Source: Chthoniobacteraceae bacterium (lineage in GTDB: Bacteria > Verrucomicrobiota > Verrucomicrobiia > Chthoniobacterales > Chthoniobacteraceae). From it: a DNA stretch of 64,000 bases. Shown here piece after piece: positions 32,014 to 41,286 of the stretch. Every line of letters starts with the position of its first letter. Position 1 is the first letter of the stretch. The position numbers were made by a program, and so were the translations under genes. The DNA is taken from the NCBI GenBank assembly GCA_040081625.1, contig JBEBGD010000001.1, forward strand, positions 1 through 64,000, given 5' to 3'. The notes beneath the pieces were generated by a model. It was given only the letters and a program-made list of their open reading frames with translations, had not been told where the DNA came from and made no database searches.

Positions 32014-32220
32014 ATGTCCACCTGCCCTCACACCTGTCCCGATTGCGGCAATACCCGCTTCAGGTCGGTGCATGTGAATCACCGGCTGCATCTGCTGCTC
32101 ACGATTTGCACTCTGGGCTTTTGGGGGATCAGTTGGGTCGCCCTGGTGATTCACGCGAGGATGGCTCCGTGGCGTTGCCAGGAATGCGGGCGCTCGCAGC
32201 CCGATCTCCCAGCCAGCTAA
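32014..32220 (+). CDS. Small (68 aa) LITAF-like zinc-ribbon membrane protein
   Basis: CPDC ... NHRLHLLLTICTLGFWGISWVALVI (hydrophobic) ... WRCQECG. Fills an intergenic gap on the operon strand. Confidence 0.7.
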   Translation: MSTCPHTCPDCGNTRFRSVHVNHRLHLLLTICTLGFWGISWVALVIHARMAPWRCQECGRSQPDLPAS

Positions 32221-32229
32221 ATGCGGCTT

Positions 32230-32253
32230 GTCAGCGGGCGCGGCGCCGCTGAC
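32230..32253. terminator. Hairpin downstream of the small Zn-ribbon gene
   Basis: GTCAGCGG-N8-CCGCTGAC, a perfect 8-bp stem with only a weak U-tail. Confidence 0.3.
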
Positions 32254-32357
32254 TTACACGCGCTCGGGCGAAGCGCTTTACATCGCCCCGACATTGCTTC
32301 CGTCGTGCGCCTCGATGCAGGCGTGGAAGTCGTGAGGACGCTGCGAAACAAAATGCC

Positions 32358-34979
32358 ATGAAGAAGAAATCCAAACCGGCGAAACTGGCGGCAAAGAAGC
32401 CGGCTCGAAAAAGGCGCGTGGCGCTCGCGGAGACTCCGGTGCGGAAGGCGCGCGCGGCATTCCCCATCGTCGGGCTCGGCGCCTCGGCGGGCGGGCTGGA
32501 GGCGCTCGAGGCTTTCTTGAAAAACGTGCCGGCGAAGTGCGGGCTGGCCTTCGTCATCGTCCAGCATCTCGACCCGACGCATAAGGGCATCATGCCCGAG
32601 CTGCTGCAGCGCGGGACGACGATGAAGGTCGTGCAGGTGAAGGATCGCACGAAGGTGCTGCCCGATTGCGTCTATGTGATCCCGCCGAACAAGGACATGT
32701 CGATCCTCCACGGCGTGCTGCATTTGCTCGAACCGTCCGCGCCGCGCGGGCTGCGGCTGCCGATCGATTTTTTCTTCCGCGCGCTGGCCGACGACCAGCG
32801 GGAGCGGGGCGTGGGGGTGATCCTTTCGGGCATGGGCACGGATGGGACGCTGGGGCTCAAGGCGATCAAGGAGCAGGCGGGCGTGGTGCTCGTGCAGGAG
32901 CCGGCGACGGCGAAGTTCGACGGGATGCCGCGCAGCGTGATCGATGCGGGGCTGGCGGACATCGTGGCCCCGGCGGAGGAGCTGCCGGCGCGGCTGCTCA
33001 AGTATCTGCGCCACACGCCGCTTCTCACCATCTCGGATGCGGCGGCGGAGAGCGGCTCGGAGAGTCAGCTCGAGAAGGTGGTCATCCTCCTGCGCAGCCA
33101 CACCGGGCACGACTTCGCGCTCTACAAGCGCAACACGCTTTCGCGGCGCGTGGAGCGGCGGATGGGGCTGCACCACATCACGCGCATCGCCACCTACGTG
33201 CGCTATCTTCGCGAGAACCCGCAGGAGGTGGATTTGCTTTTCAAGGAGCTGCTCATCGGGGTGACGAGTTTCTTTCGCGACCCCGCGGCGTGGGAGCAGT
33301 TGCGCGACGAGGCGCTGCCGCCGCTGCTCACGAGCCGCGCGTCCGGCCATGCGCTGCGGGCGTGGGTGCCGGGGTGCTCGACGGGCGAGGAGGCTTACTC
33401 GCTGGCCATCGCTTTCAAGGAGGCGCTCGAGAAGCTGAAGCCGCGCGGGAATTTCTCGCTGCAAATCTTCGCGACCGATCTCGACCGCGACGCGGTGGAC
33501 AAGGCGCGGCTGGGATTCTTCCCGGCGAACATCACCGCCGACGTGTCGCCGGAGCGCTTGAGCCGTTACTTCGTCGAGGAAGAGCGCGGCTACCGCGTGG
33601 CGAAGACGATCCGCGAGATGGTCATCTTCGCGCCGCAGAATCTGATCATGGATCCGCCGTTCACGAAGCTCGACGTGCTGAGCTGCCGCAACCTGCTCAT
33701 CTATTTCGGGCCGGAGTTGCAGAAGAAGCTGCTGCCGCTTTTCCACTACAGCCTGAATCCGGGCGGCGCGCTTTTCCTCGGCAGCGCCGAGAGCATCGGC
33801 GGGTTCACGAGTTTGTTCGCGCCGCTGCCCGGCAAGTCGCGGATCTTCCGCCGCAGGGAATCCTCGCACAGTGCGGAGTTCGTGGAGTTCCCCTCGTCCT
33901 TCGTGCCGGCGCCGCCGGACCCGCATAAGCCGGCACGCACGCCGGCGGTGAGCGCGGACAGCCTGCAGGCGCTCGCCGAGCAATGGCTGCTGCGCCATCA
34001 CGCGCCCGCCGCCGTGCTCGTGAACGACGAGGGCGACATCCTTTTCATCAGCGGACGCACCGGGCGCTATCTCGAACCCGTGGCGGGCAAGGCGAACTGG
34101 AATGTATTCGTGATGGCGCGCGAAGGCCTGCGCTACGAACTCAGCAGCGCCTTCCAAAAAGTGCGCCGGCAAAAGGAGCCGGTGATCTGCCGGCGGCTGA
34201 AGGTCGGCGTGAACGGTGCGACGATCTTCGTGGACATGACCGTGCAGGTCGTCGTGGAGCCGGGCGCGCTGTGCGGCCTGACGATGATCGTCTTCTCGGA
34301 AGCCTCCGCGCCCGATCCGAAGTCGAGAGGCCGCGCGGGAAAAGCTGCGCGACGCGACGGGCTGGCGAAGGAAATGGAGCGCGAGCTGGTGCAGGCGCGC
34401 GAGGAAGTGCAGAGCACGCGCGAGCAGATGCAGAGTTCGCACGAGGAGCTCAAGTCGATGAACGAGGAATTGCAGTCCACCAATGAGGAGCTGCAATCGA
34501 CCAATGAGGAGCTGACGACTTCCAAGGAGGAGATGCAGTCGCTCAACGAGGAACTCCAGACCGTGAACACCGAGCTGCAGTCCAAAGTGGACGAGCTCAA
34601 CGCCGCCAGCAACGACATGAAAAACCTGCTCAACAGCACGGAGATCGCGACGGTGTTCCTGGATAGTTCGCTCAAGGTCCGCCGCTTCACCGAGCAGGTG
34701 GCCGAGATCATCCGCATCATCCCCGGCGACGTGGGCCGGCCGATCACCGATCTCGCGAACAGCCTGCTCTACCCGGAGCTGGCGGCGGACGCGCGCGAGG
34801 TGCTCCGCTCGCTCACCTCGGTGGACAAGGCTCTCGCCACCCGCGACGGACGCTGGTTCGCGCTGCGCCTCATGCCCTACCGGACCGCGGACAATCGCAT
34901 CGACGGCGTGGTCATCACCTTCACCGACATGACCATCGTGCGGAAACTCGAAGCGAGCCTGCGCCGAAAGGAAACCTGA
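32358..34979 (+). CDS. CheB methylesterase/CheR methyltransferase fusion with PAS domains and NEELQS coiled coil
   Basis: CheB motifs GASAGG, VQHLDP, SGMGTDG. CheR motifs VTSFFRD, WVPGCSTGEEAYS, FATDLD, CRNLLIYF. Heptad NEELQST repeats, then a C-terminal PAS (VRRFT...PYRT.DNRIDGVVITF.D). Confidence 0.93.
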   Translation: MKKKSKPAKLAAKKPARKRRVALAETPVRKARAAFPIVGLGASAGGLEALEAFLKNVPAKCGLAFVIVQHLDPTHKGIMPELLQRGTTMKVVQVKDRTKVLPDCVYVIPPNKDMSILHGVLHLLEPSAPRGLRLPIDFFFRALADDQRERGVGVILSGMGTDGTLGLKAIKEQAGVVLVQEPATAKFDGMPRSVIDAGLADIVAPAEELPARLLKYLRHTPLLTISDAAAESGSESQLEKVVILLRSHTGHDFALYKRNTLSRRVERRMGLHHITRIATYVRYLRENPQEVDLLFKELLIGVTSFFRDPAAWEQLRDEALPPLLTSRASGHALRAWVPGCSTGEEAYSLAIAFKEALEKLKPRGNFSLQIFATDLDRDAVDKARLGFFPANITADVSPERLSRYFVEEERGYRVAKTIREMVIFAPQNLIMDPPFTKLDVLSCRNLLIYFGPELQKKLLPLFHYSLNPGGALFLGSAESIGGFTSLFAPLPGKSRIFRRRESSHSAEFVEFPSSFVPAPPDPHKPARTPAVSADSLQALAEQWLLRHHAPAAVLVNDEGDILFISGRTGRYLEPVAGKANWNVFVMAREGLRYELSSAFQKVRRQKEPVICRRLKVGVNGATIFVDMTVQVVVEPGALCGLTMIVFSEASAPDPKSRGRAGKAARRDGLAKEMERELVQAREEVQSTREQMQSSHEELKSMNEELQSTNEELQSTNEELTTSKEEMQSLNEELQTVNTELQSKVDELNAASNDMKNLLNSTEIATVFLDSSLKVRRFTEQVAEIIRIIPGDVGRPITDLANSLLYPELAADAREVLRSLTSVDKALATRDGRWFALRLMPYRTADNRIDGVVITFTDMTIVRKLEASLRRKET

Positions 34980-35001
34980 GGAATCGACGCGAAGGCTTCC
35001 G

Positions 35002-35084
35002 GCGCCCCGTCCGGGGTGCATCCCGATGGGGGATGGGTCCGGGGGTGTTACCCCCGGCTAATATCCGTCAGCCCTCCGGGCTGA
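35002..35084. repeat. REP/MITE-like element made of four consecutive hairpins
   Basis: GCGCCCC-GTCC-GGGGTGC (35002-19), CATCCC-N5-GGGATG (35019-35), CCGGGGGT-GTT-ACCCCCGG (35039-57), TCAGCCC-TCC-GGGCTGA (35068-84). Only one copy seen in the window. Confidence 0.6.
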
Positions 35085-35177
35085 AATCGGCGGCTTTACG
35101 GACCTTTACGGGGAATCGGTCGGGTTCTGGCGGCTTCGCTCGACAAGGGCGGGGGATCGTCGCATTGGTGGGCTCCA

Positions 35178-37709
35178 ATGACCGATCCCTCGGCGGCTCG
35201 CATCCCGTCCCACTTCGACGCTCGCCGGTGGGTGGAGGTGCTCCTGCTGGCGGCGCTGTATTTCTGCACGGCGCGCCTCGGGCTGCTGACGGCGATGCCG
35301 GGCGGACACGTGACGCCGGTGTGGCCGCCGTCGGGGATCGCACTCGCGGCGGTCCTGCTGCTCGGGCGGCGGGTGTGGCCGGGGATCTGGCTCGGGTCGT
35401 TCGCGGCGAATCTTTGGGATTTCCTCGGCAGCACGCCGGGTGTGGCGACCGGGCTGGCGACGGTGGCGACGCTGGGGATGGGCGCGACGCTCGCGGCGCT
35501 CGCGGGCGGGTATTTGCTGCGGCGATTTGTGGGCGAGCGCGATCTGCTCGAGCGGGTGCGGGATGTGTGTGCGTTCCTGGCGCTCGGTGGCGTGCTCAGT
35601 TGCCTGATCAGCGCCACGATCGGGGTCACGGCGCTGTGCATGGGCGGCTTCGCGGCGTGGTCGGGCTTCGGGCAGACGTGGCTGACGTGGTGGCTGGGGG
35701 ACACGGCGGGGGTGTTCGTGGTGAGCCCGTTGTTCCTGGTCTGGAGCGGGCCGTGGCGGGTGAAGACGCTGGGGCGCCTGCTGGAGCTGTGCGTCTGTTT
35801 CTGCCTGCTGATCGCCGTCAGTTATTACGTCTTCGTCGAGAACAAGACCGAGCTCTTCAGCGAGAAGCCGCTCACGTTTCTGGTGATGCCTTTCCTCGTG
35901 TGGTCGGCGGTGCGTTTCGGGAAACGCGGCGCGGCGATGGCGGTGGGATTGATCGCGCTGCTCGCGGTGTGGGGGACGATCCACCACTCCGGGCCGTTCA
36001 ACATCGGCCCGCGCAATGAGGCGCTGCTGCTGCTCGAATTATTCCTGGGCGTGGCGGTGCTCACCTCCCTGTGCGTGGCAGCGATGACGACGGAGCGCGC
36101 GCACGTGGACGCCGAGCTGCAGCGCTCGGTGGAGGAGCTCGAATCGCGCGTGCAGGCGCGCACTTCCGCGCTGATGCAAAGCGAGGAGAAGGCCCGCGGC
36201 CACATGGCCGAGGCGGAGCAGTCGCGGGCCGCGCTCCTGAGCATCCTCGAGGACGAGCGGGCGGCGCAGGAGGCGCTGCGGCTGAGCGAATCGAACTACC
36301 GCACGCTCATCGAGTCGGCGTCCGACGGCATCCTGGTGGCGGATGCGCAGGGAGCGTTCGTGGACGTGAACGAGGCGGGCTGCCGGATGCTCGGCTACGC
36401 CCGCTCCGAAGTGCCGGCGATGCGCAACGCCGACATCCTCCATGCCGACGAAGCCGTGCGCGTGGCACCGGAGATGGCGGAGTTGAATGCCGGGAAAGTC
36501 GTGCGCAGCGAGTGGCGGCTGCTGCGCAAGGATGGGACGATGGTCCCGAGCGAAGTCGGCGCGACGCTCCTGCCGGATGGACGGCTGCTGGGCATCCTGC
36601 GGGACGTGAGCGAGCGCCGGCTGGCGGAGGCGGCGATCCGGGAGAAGCACGGGCTGCTGACCGCGGTGATCGAAGGCACGAGCGACGCGATCTTCGCCAA
36701 GGATGTGGATGGCCGATACCAGATGGTGAACACGGCTTGCGCGCAGGCCGTGGGCCTGCCGGCGGCCGCGATCCTCGGGCGGACGGACGCGGATCTGCAC
36801 CCTGCGGAGACCGCGCGGCGCTATCGCGAGACCGACGATGAGGTGGTGGCCAGCGGCCGGATGCAGATGAAGGAGGAGTGCAGCGAGATGCCCGACGGGA
36901 CACACTACTGGCTCACCAACAAGGCGCCGCTGCGCGACGCGGATGGGCGCATCGTCGGCATCGTCGGCATCTCGCGCGACATCACCGAGCGCCACCGGGC
37001 GGAGGACGCGCTGCGGCAATCGCGCGGCCAATTGCGCGCGCTCGCGGCGCACTTGCAAGACGTGCGCGAGAAGGAGCAGACGCGCATCGCGCGGGAGATC
37101 CACGACGAGCTGGGGCAGATGCTCACGGGCTTGAAGATGGATCTGCGCTGGATGGAGCGCGAGCTGGACGGAAGCGGGTCCGGCGCCGACGCAAACGCGC
37201 TGCTCGAGAGAGCCGTGGCGGCGTCCGCGCTGGTCGATGAGACGGTGAAGGCCGTGCAGCAGATCGCGGCGGAGCTGCGGCCGGGCGTGCTCGACCGGCT
37301 GGGGTTGCCGACGGCGCTCCGGCACGAGTGCCGGCAGTTCCAGCAGCGCTCGGGGGTCGTGTGCCGGGTCACTGTCCCGGAGCCGGAGCCGGAGGTGCCC
37401 GCGGAGGTGGCCACGGTCTGCTTCCGCACCTGCCAGGAGGCGCTCACGAACGTCGCGCGGCACGCGGGCGCGACGGAGGTGACGATCGACTTCCGGAGCG
37501 AGGCCGGCGCATGGCTGCTCGAGTTGCGCGACAACGGCACGGGCATCACCGCCGAAGCGCTGATGAATCCGCGTTCGCTCGGGCTGCTCGGGATGCAGGA
37601 GCGCGCCGCGCGGCTCGGCGGTGAAATCCGCGTCGAGCCCGGAGCGGAAGGCGGCACGATCGTGCGCTTGTCGATTCCCGAAGGCGGTGGCAAAGAGCAG
37701 CCCCTATGA
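35178..37709 (+). CDS. MASE1-PAS-PAS sensor histidine kinase (HisKA_3)
   Basis: MASE1 motifs PVWPPSGIALA and WLTWWLGDTAG; two PAS/PAC domains (RDVSERR, SRDITER); H-box EQTRIAREIHDELGQMLT; CQEALTNVARHA; SLGLLGMQER. Confidence 0.93.
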   Translation: MTDPSAARIPSHFDARRWVEVLLLAALYFCTARLGLLTAMPGGHVTPVWPPSGIALAAVLLLGRRVWPGIWLGSFAANLWDFLGSTPGVATGLATVATLGMGATLAALAGGYLLRRFVGERDLLERVRDVCAFLALGGVLSCLISATIGVTALCMGGFAAWSGFGQTWLTWWLGDTAGVFVVSPLFLVWSGPWRVKTLGRLLELCVCFCLLIAVSYYVFVENKTELFSEKPLTFLVMPFLVWSAVRFGKRGAAMAVGLIALLAVWGTIHHSGPFNIGPRNEALLLLELFLGVAVLTSLCVAAMTTERAHVDAELQRSVEELESRVQARTSALMQSEEKARGHMAEAEQSRAALLSILEDERAAQEALRLSESNYRTLIESASDGILVADAQGAFVDVNEAGCRMLGYARSEVPAMRNADILHADEAVRVAPEMAELNAGKVVRSEWRLLRKDGTMVPSEVGATLLPDGRLLGILRDVSERRLAEAAIREKHGLLTAVIEGTSDAIFAKDVDGRYQMVNTACAQAVGLPAAAILGRTDADLHPAETARRYRETDDEVVASGRMQMKEECSEMPDGTHYWLTNKAPLRDADGRIVGIVGISRDITERHRAEDALRQSRGQLRALAAHLQDVREKEQTRIAREIHDELGQMLTGLKMDLRWMERELDGSGSGADANALLERAVAASALVDETVKAVQQIAAELRPGVLDRLGLPTALRHECRQFQQRSGVVCRVTVPEPEPEVPAEVATVCFRTCQEALTNVARHAGATEVTIDFRSEAGAWLLELRDNGTGITAEALMNPRSLGLLGMQERAARLGGEIRVEPGAEGGTIVRLSIPEGGGKEQPL

Positions 37710-38338
37710 TGAAAGTGCTGATCGCCGACGATCACGCCGTGGTGCGCCGCGGCTTGCGTGGCCTGCTGGCCGAGGAGTTCGGCAAGCTCAAGGTCGGCGA
37801 GGCGGTCGATGCGCACGAAGCGTCGGCGCTGCTCGCGAATGGGAAGTGGGATCTCGCGCTGATCGACATCAACATGCCGGGCCGCAGCGGGCTCGATGTG
37901 CTGATCGAGGCGCGGCGGCTGCACCCGCGGCTGCCGGTGCTCATCCTCAGCGCGTATCCCGAGGAGGAGTTCGCGCTGCGCGCGTTCAAGCTGGGCGCGG
38001 CGGGTTATCTCAACAAGCAGAGCGCGCCGGACGAGCTGCTCGTGGCCGTGCGCAAGGTGATGGCCGGCGGCAAATACGTGACCGCCGCGCTGGCGGAAAA
38101 GCTCGCGGCAAGTCTCGGCGGCGAGCTGCACCAGGCGCCGCACGAGGCGCTCTCGGCGCGCGAGATGGAGGTGCTCCGGCTCGTCGCGATCGGACGGACG
38201 ATCAAGGAAGTCGCGACCGCGCTCGGCTTGAGTGAGAAGACGATCGGCACCTATCGGACGCGGGTCTCGGAGAAGCTGGGCCTTTCCACGAATGTCGAGC
38301 TGGCGCGCTACGCGTTGCAGCACCGGCTCGTGGAGTGA
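37706..38338 (+). CDS. NarL/UvrY-like response regulator
   Basis: LIADDHAVVRRG, IDINMPG, GYLNK, HTH LSAREMEVL...LSEKTIGTYRTR. ATGA overlap with the kinase gene. Confidence 0.93.
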   Translation: MMKVLIADDHAVVRRGLRGLLAEEFGKLKVGEAVDAHEASALLANGKWDLALIDINMPGRSGLDVLIEARRLHPRLPVLILSAYPEEEFALRAFKLGAAGYLNKQSAPDELLVAVRKVMAGGKYVTAALAEKLAASLGGELHQAPHEALSAREMEVLRLVAIGRTIKEVATALGLSEKTIGTYRTRVSEKLGLSTNVELARYALQHRLVE

Positions 38339-38462
38339 GCCGTTTCAGGAATCCTGTAGCCGCGGCCCTATGGGCCGTGCAGGCGTCGAGCACGGCGCAG
38401 AGCGCCGTGGCTACAACTCCGCGCGGCTACGACTTTTCTGACACCGCTCTTTGCGTCGGGCT

Positions 38463-38484
38463 GTGTAGGGAGATCGCCCCACAC
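38463..38484. promoter_or_regulatory. Imperfect palindrome, candidate LuxR/NarL-type operator
   Basis: GTGTAGGGAGATCGCCCCACAC, 9 of 11 positions pair, in the gap upstream of the hybrid kinase. Confidence 0.35.
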
Positions 38485-38539
38485 GCGATTGAGCACTGTC
38501 CACCTGTCGGTGCCAGCCCACGGGCCGGAGAGTCGGCGC

Positions 38540-40498
38540 ATGACGATGGAATCCGATCCAGGCCTGCTGCGTGTGATGCTCGTGGAAGACTCGATGATCC
38601 TTCGTGGACGCATCCGCGACTTGATCGAGCAGTCGTGCCGCGCGCGCGTCGTCTCGGAAGCCGGCACGATCGCCGCCGCGCTCGCGTTCCTGCCTGCGGA
38701 GCCGCCCGATGTCGTGGTGCTCGACCTGCATCTGCCCGACGGCAGCGGCCTCGATGTGCTGCGCGCGGTCAAGAAGTCGCGCCCGACCTGCCCGGTGATC
38801 GTGCTGACGAGCTTCGCGATGCCGGAGACGCGCGATCACTGCCGGTCCCTTGGTGCGGATTATTTCTTCGACAAGTCCCGCGAGTTCGAGCGCGTCGTCG
38901 AGGTGCTGCGGGAATGTGTCTCGCTCGATGCGGAGCGGCCCGCGGCGGATTTCACTTCGATGAAGGTGGCGCTGGAGGCGAGCGAGGAACGGCTGAGCCG
39001 CGTGCTCAAGTCCGCCGGCGTGGGGACGTGGAGTTGGGACGTGATCGCGAACTCGGTCGCGTGGGATGATCACATTCACCCGCTCTTCGGGCTCCCGGCG
39101 AAGACCTACCCAAGCTGCATCGAAGATTTCCTCGACCTGGTGCATCCCGGCGACCGGGAGCGCGTCGAGCGCGAAGTGACTGCGAGCGTGGAGAAGGGAG
39201 CGGCCTACGACACGGAGTTCCGGGTGGTGTGGCCGGATGGCACGAGTCGGCACCTCGCCACGCGCGGCCACGTCGATCGCGACGCCGAGCGGCGGCCGCT
39301 GCGGATGACCGGTGTGTGCTGGGACATCACCGAGCACAAGAATCTCGAGGCGCAACTGAGGCGGACCCAGCGGCTCGAAGGCATCGGCACGCTCGCGAGC
39401 GGAGTGGCGCACGACCTCAACAACATCCTCGCGCCGATCCTCATGTCGATCCCGGTGCTCGAGGAGGCGCTCGCCGGCACGGATTGCGCGCCGGTCCTCT
39501 CGACCATCCAGGAGTGTGCCGAGCGCGGCGCGGAGATCGTGAAGCAGGTGCTCACCTTCGCGCGCGGCGTGGAGGGCGAGCGCGTCCTGGTGCAGACCCA
39601 CCACCATCTGCGCGACATGGAGAAGATCGCGGGCGAGACCTTTCCGCGCTCGATCACGGTGCGAAACTGCGCGCCGCACGGGCTGTGGCCGGTCAGTGGC
39701 GATGCCACGCAGATTCATCAGGTGCTGCTCAACCTGTGCGTCAACGCCCGCGACGCGATGCCGCGCGGCGGCCTGCTCACGATCGATGCGGGGAACCTCC
39801 TCATCGACGAGAGCTACGCCGCGATGCGCCCGGACGCGAAGCCGGGGCCTTATCTCATGATCTCCATTTCCGACACCGGGCACGGCATCCCGGCGGAGAT
39901 CGCGGAAAAGATTTTCGATCCGTTTTTCACGACGAAGGAAATCGGAAAGGGGACCGGGCTGGGCCTCTCGACGGTGGCCGGCATCGTGAGAAGCCACGGC
40001 GGTTTTCTCTCGCTCGAAAGCAAGCCGGGCGCGGGCTCGACGTTCACGGTTTTCCTCCCCGCGGAGCCGGACACCGCGGCGGCGCCGGACCACAAGCCCG
40101 TGGCGACTGCGCCATCGGGAAATGGCGAGATGATCCTCGTCGTGGACGACGAGTCGAGTGTCCGCTCGATCTCGCAGACCGTGCTGAAAGCGCACGGCTA
40201 CCGGGTGCTGCTCGCGTCCGATGGGACGGAGGCGCTCGCGGTATTCGCGCAGCACTCCGCGGAGATCGCCGTGGTCGTCACGGACCTCGCGATGCCCTTC
40301 ATGGATGGCGGTGCGCTCATCCCCGCGCTGCGCAAGATGAAGCCCGGCCTGCGCGTCATCATCTCGACCGGCCACGGGGAGAAGGCGCGGACTGCCGGCC
40401 TGGAGGTCTCGGCATTCCTGCACAAGCCCTACGACGCGCACACGCTGCTGTGCGCGCTCCACTCCGCGGTCAGTGAGCGCAGAGCCGCCACCATCTAA
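38540..40498 (+). CDS. Hybrid histidine kinase REC-PAS-HisKA-HATPase-REC (CckA-like)
   Basis: GGAG upstream of ATG 38540. N-terminal REC (LVEDS, LDLHLPD), PAS_3 (GVGTWSWD, VHPGDRE), GVAHDLNNIL, LNLCVNARDAM, FDPFFTTK..GKGTGLGL, C-terminal REC. Confidence 0.92.
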   Translation: MTMESDPGLLRVMLVEDSMILRGRIRDLIEQSCRARVVSEAGTIAAALAFLPAEPPDVVVLDLHLPDGSGLDVLRAVKKSRPTCPVIVLTSFAMPETRDHCRSLGADYFFDKSREFERVVEVLRECVSLDAERPAADFTSMKVALEASEERLSRVLKSAGVGTWSWDVIANSVAWDDHIHPLFGLPAKTYPSCIEDFLDLVHPGDRERVEREVTASVEKGAAYDTEFRVVWPDGTSRHLATRGHVDRDAERRPLRMTGVCWDITEHKNLEAQLRRTQRLEGIGTLASGVAHDLNNILAPILMSIPVLEEALAGTDCAPVLSTIQECAERGAEIVKQVLTFARGVEGERVLVQTHHHLRDMEKIAGETFPRSITVRNCAPHGLWPVSGDATQIHQVLLNLCVNARDAMPRGGLLTIDAGNLLIDESYAAMRPDAKPGPYLMISISDTGHGIPAEIAEKIFDPFFTTKEIGKGTGLGLSTVAGIVRSHGGFLSLESKPGAGSTFTVFLPAEPDTAAAPDHKPVATAPSGNGEMILVVDDESSVRSISQTVLKAHGYRVLLASDGTEALAVFAQHSAEIAVVVTDLAMPFMDGGALIPALRKMKPGLRVIISTGHGEKARTAGLEVSAFLHKPYDAHTLLCALHSAVSERRAATI

Positions 40499-40502
40499 GA
40501 GC

Positions 40503-41153
40503 ATGAAAAAGATCCGCATCCTTCTTGCCGACGATCACGACATCGTCCTGCGCGGCCTGCGTCCGCTCATCGAATCCGAGCCGGGCTGGGAAATCTGCGG
40601 CGAGGCCCGCAACGGCCGCGAGGCTGTCGTGATGGCGGCGGAGCTCGACGCGCAGGTCGTCGTGCTCGATGTCGGGATGCCGGAGCTGAATGGAATCGAG
40701 GCGACGCGCCAGATCATCCATGCGCGGCCCGGGACCCGGGTGCTCATCATCACCGGGGACGACGCAGAGAGCCTCGTGCATCAAGTCCTCGCGGCCGGCG
40801 CGCGCGGTTTCCTGCTCAAGACCGAGTGCGCCGGAAAGATCGTCCCGGCGATCAAGGCGCTCTGCGAGCAGAAGTCGTATCTGAACTCACGCGCCGCCGA
40901 AGTCGTGCTCGAGAGCTACCTCATCGGCGGCATCGAGCCGGGGCAGGCCTCGCCGGGCGGGCTCACGGTGCGCGAGCGCGAGATCGTGCAGTTCCTCGCC
41001 GGGGGATTGAGCAACAAGGAGGTCGCCGCGCAGCTCGGCGTCAGCGCAAAGACGGTCGAGAGTCACCGCGCTGCGATCATGCGCAAGCTGGGGTTCACGG
41101 CCTTCAGCGAGCTGGTCCGCTACGCGGTGCGCAACCACTTCGTCGAGCCATGA
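40503..41153 (+). CDS. NarL/LuxR-family response regulator
   Basis: ILLADDHD, LDVGMPELNG, GFLLK, HTH LTVREREIV...SNKEVA..LGVSAKTVESHR. Confidence 0.93.
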   Translation: MKKIRILLADDHDIVLRGLRPLIESEPGWEICGEARNGREAVVMAAELDAQVVVLDVGMPELNGIEATRQIIHARPGTRVLIITGDDAESLVHQVLAAGARGFLLKTECAGKIVPAIKALCEQKSYLNSRAAEVVLESYLIGGIEPGQASPGGLTVREREIVQFLAGGLSNKEVAAQLGVSAKTVESHRAAIMRKLGFTAFSELVRYAVRNHFVEP

Positions 41154-41286
41154 ACCGCCACGCGTGGATAGGGAAAGCCCTCGGCGAGAATACAGAATCT
41201 CCCTGCCTGCCGCGGGCACCCGGGGCGCTTTCCAGTTGCTGCGATATGCCTCCCGCCGACGCCATGAATCTGGCATTCCCACCGAT

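Noticed and set aside
32358..34979. Calling the region a chemotaxis operon
   Set aside because: No cheA, cheW, stand-alone cheY or chemoreceptor gene is present. The fusion belongs to the non-flagellar CheB-CheR class.
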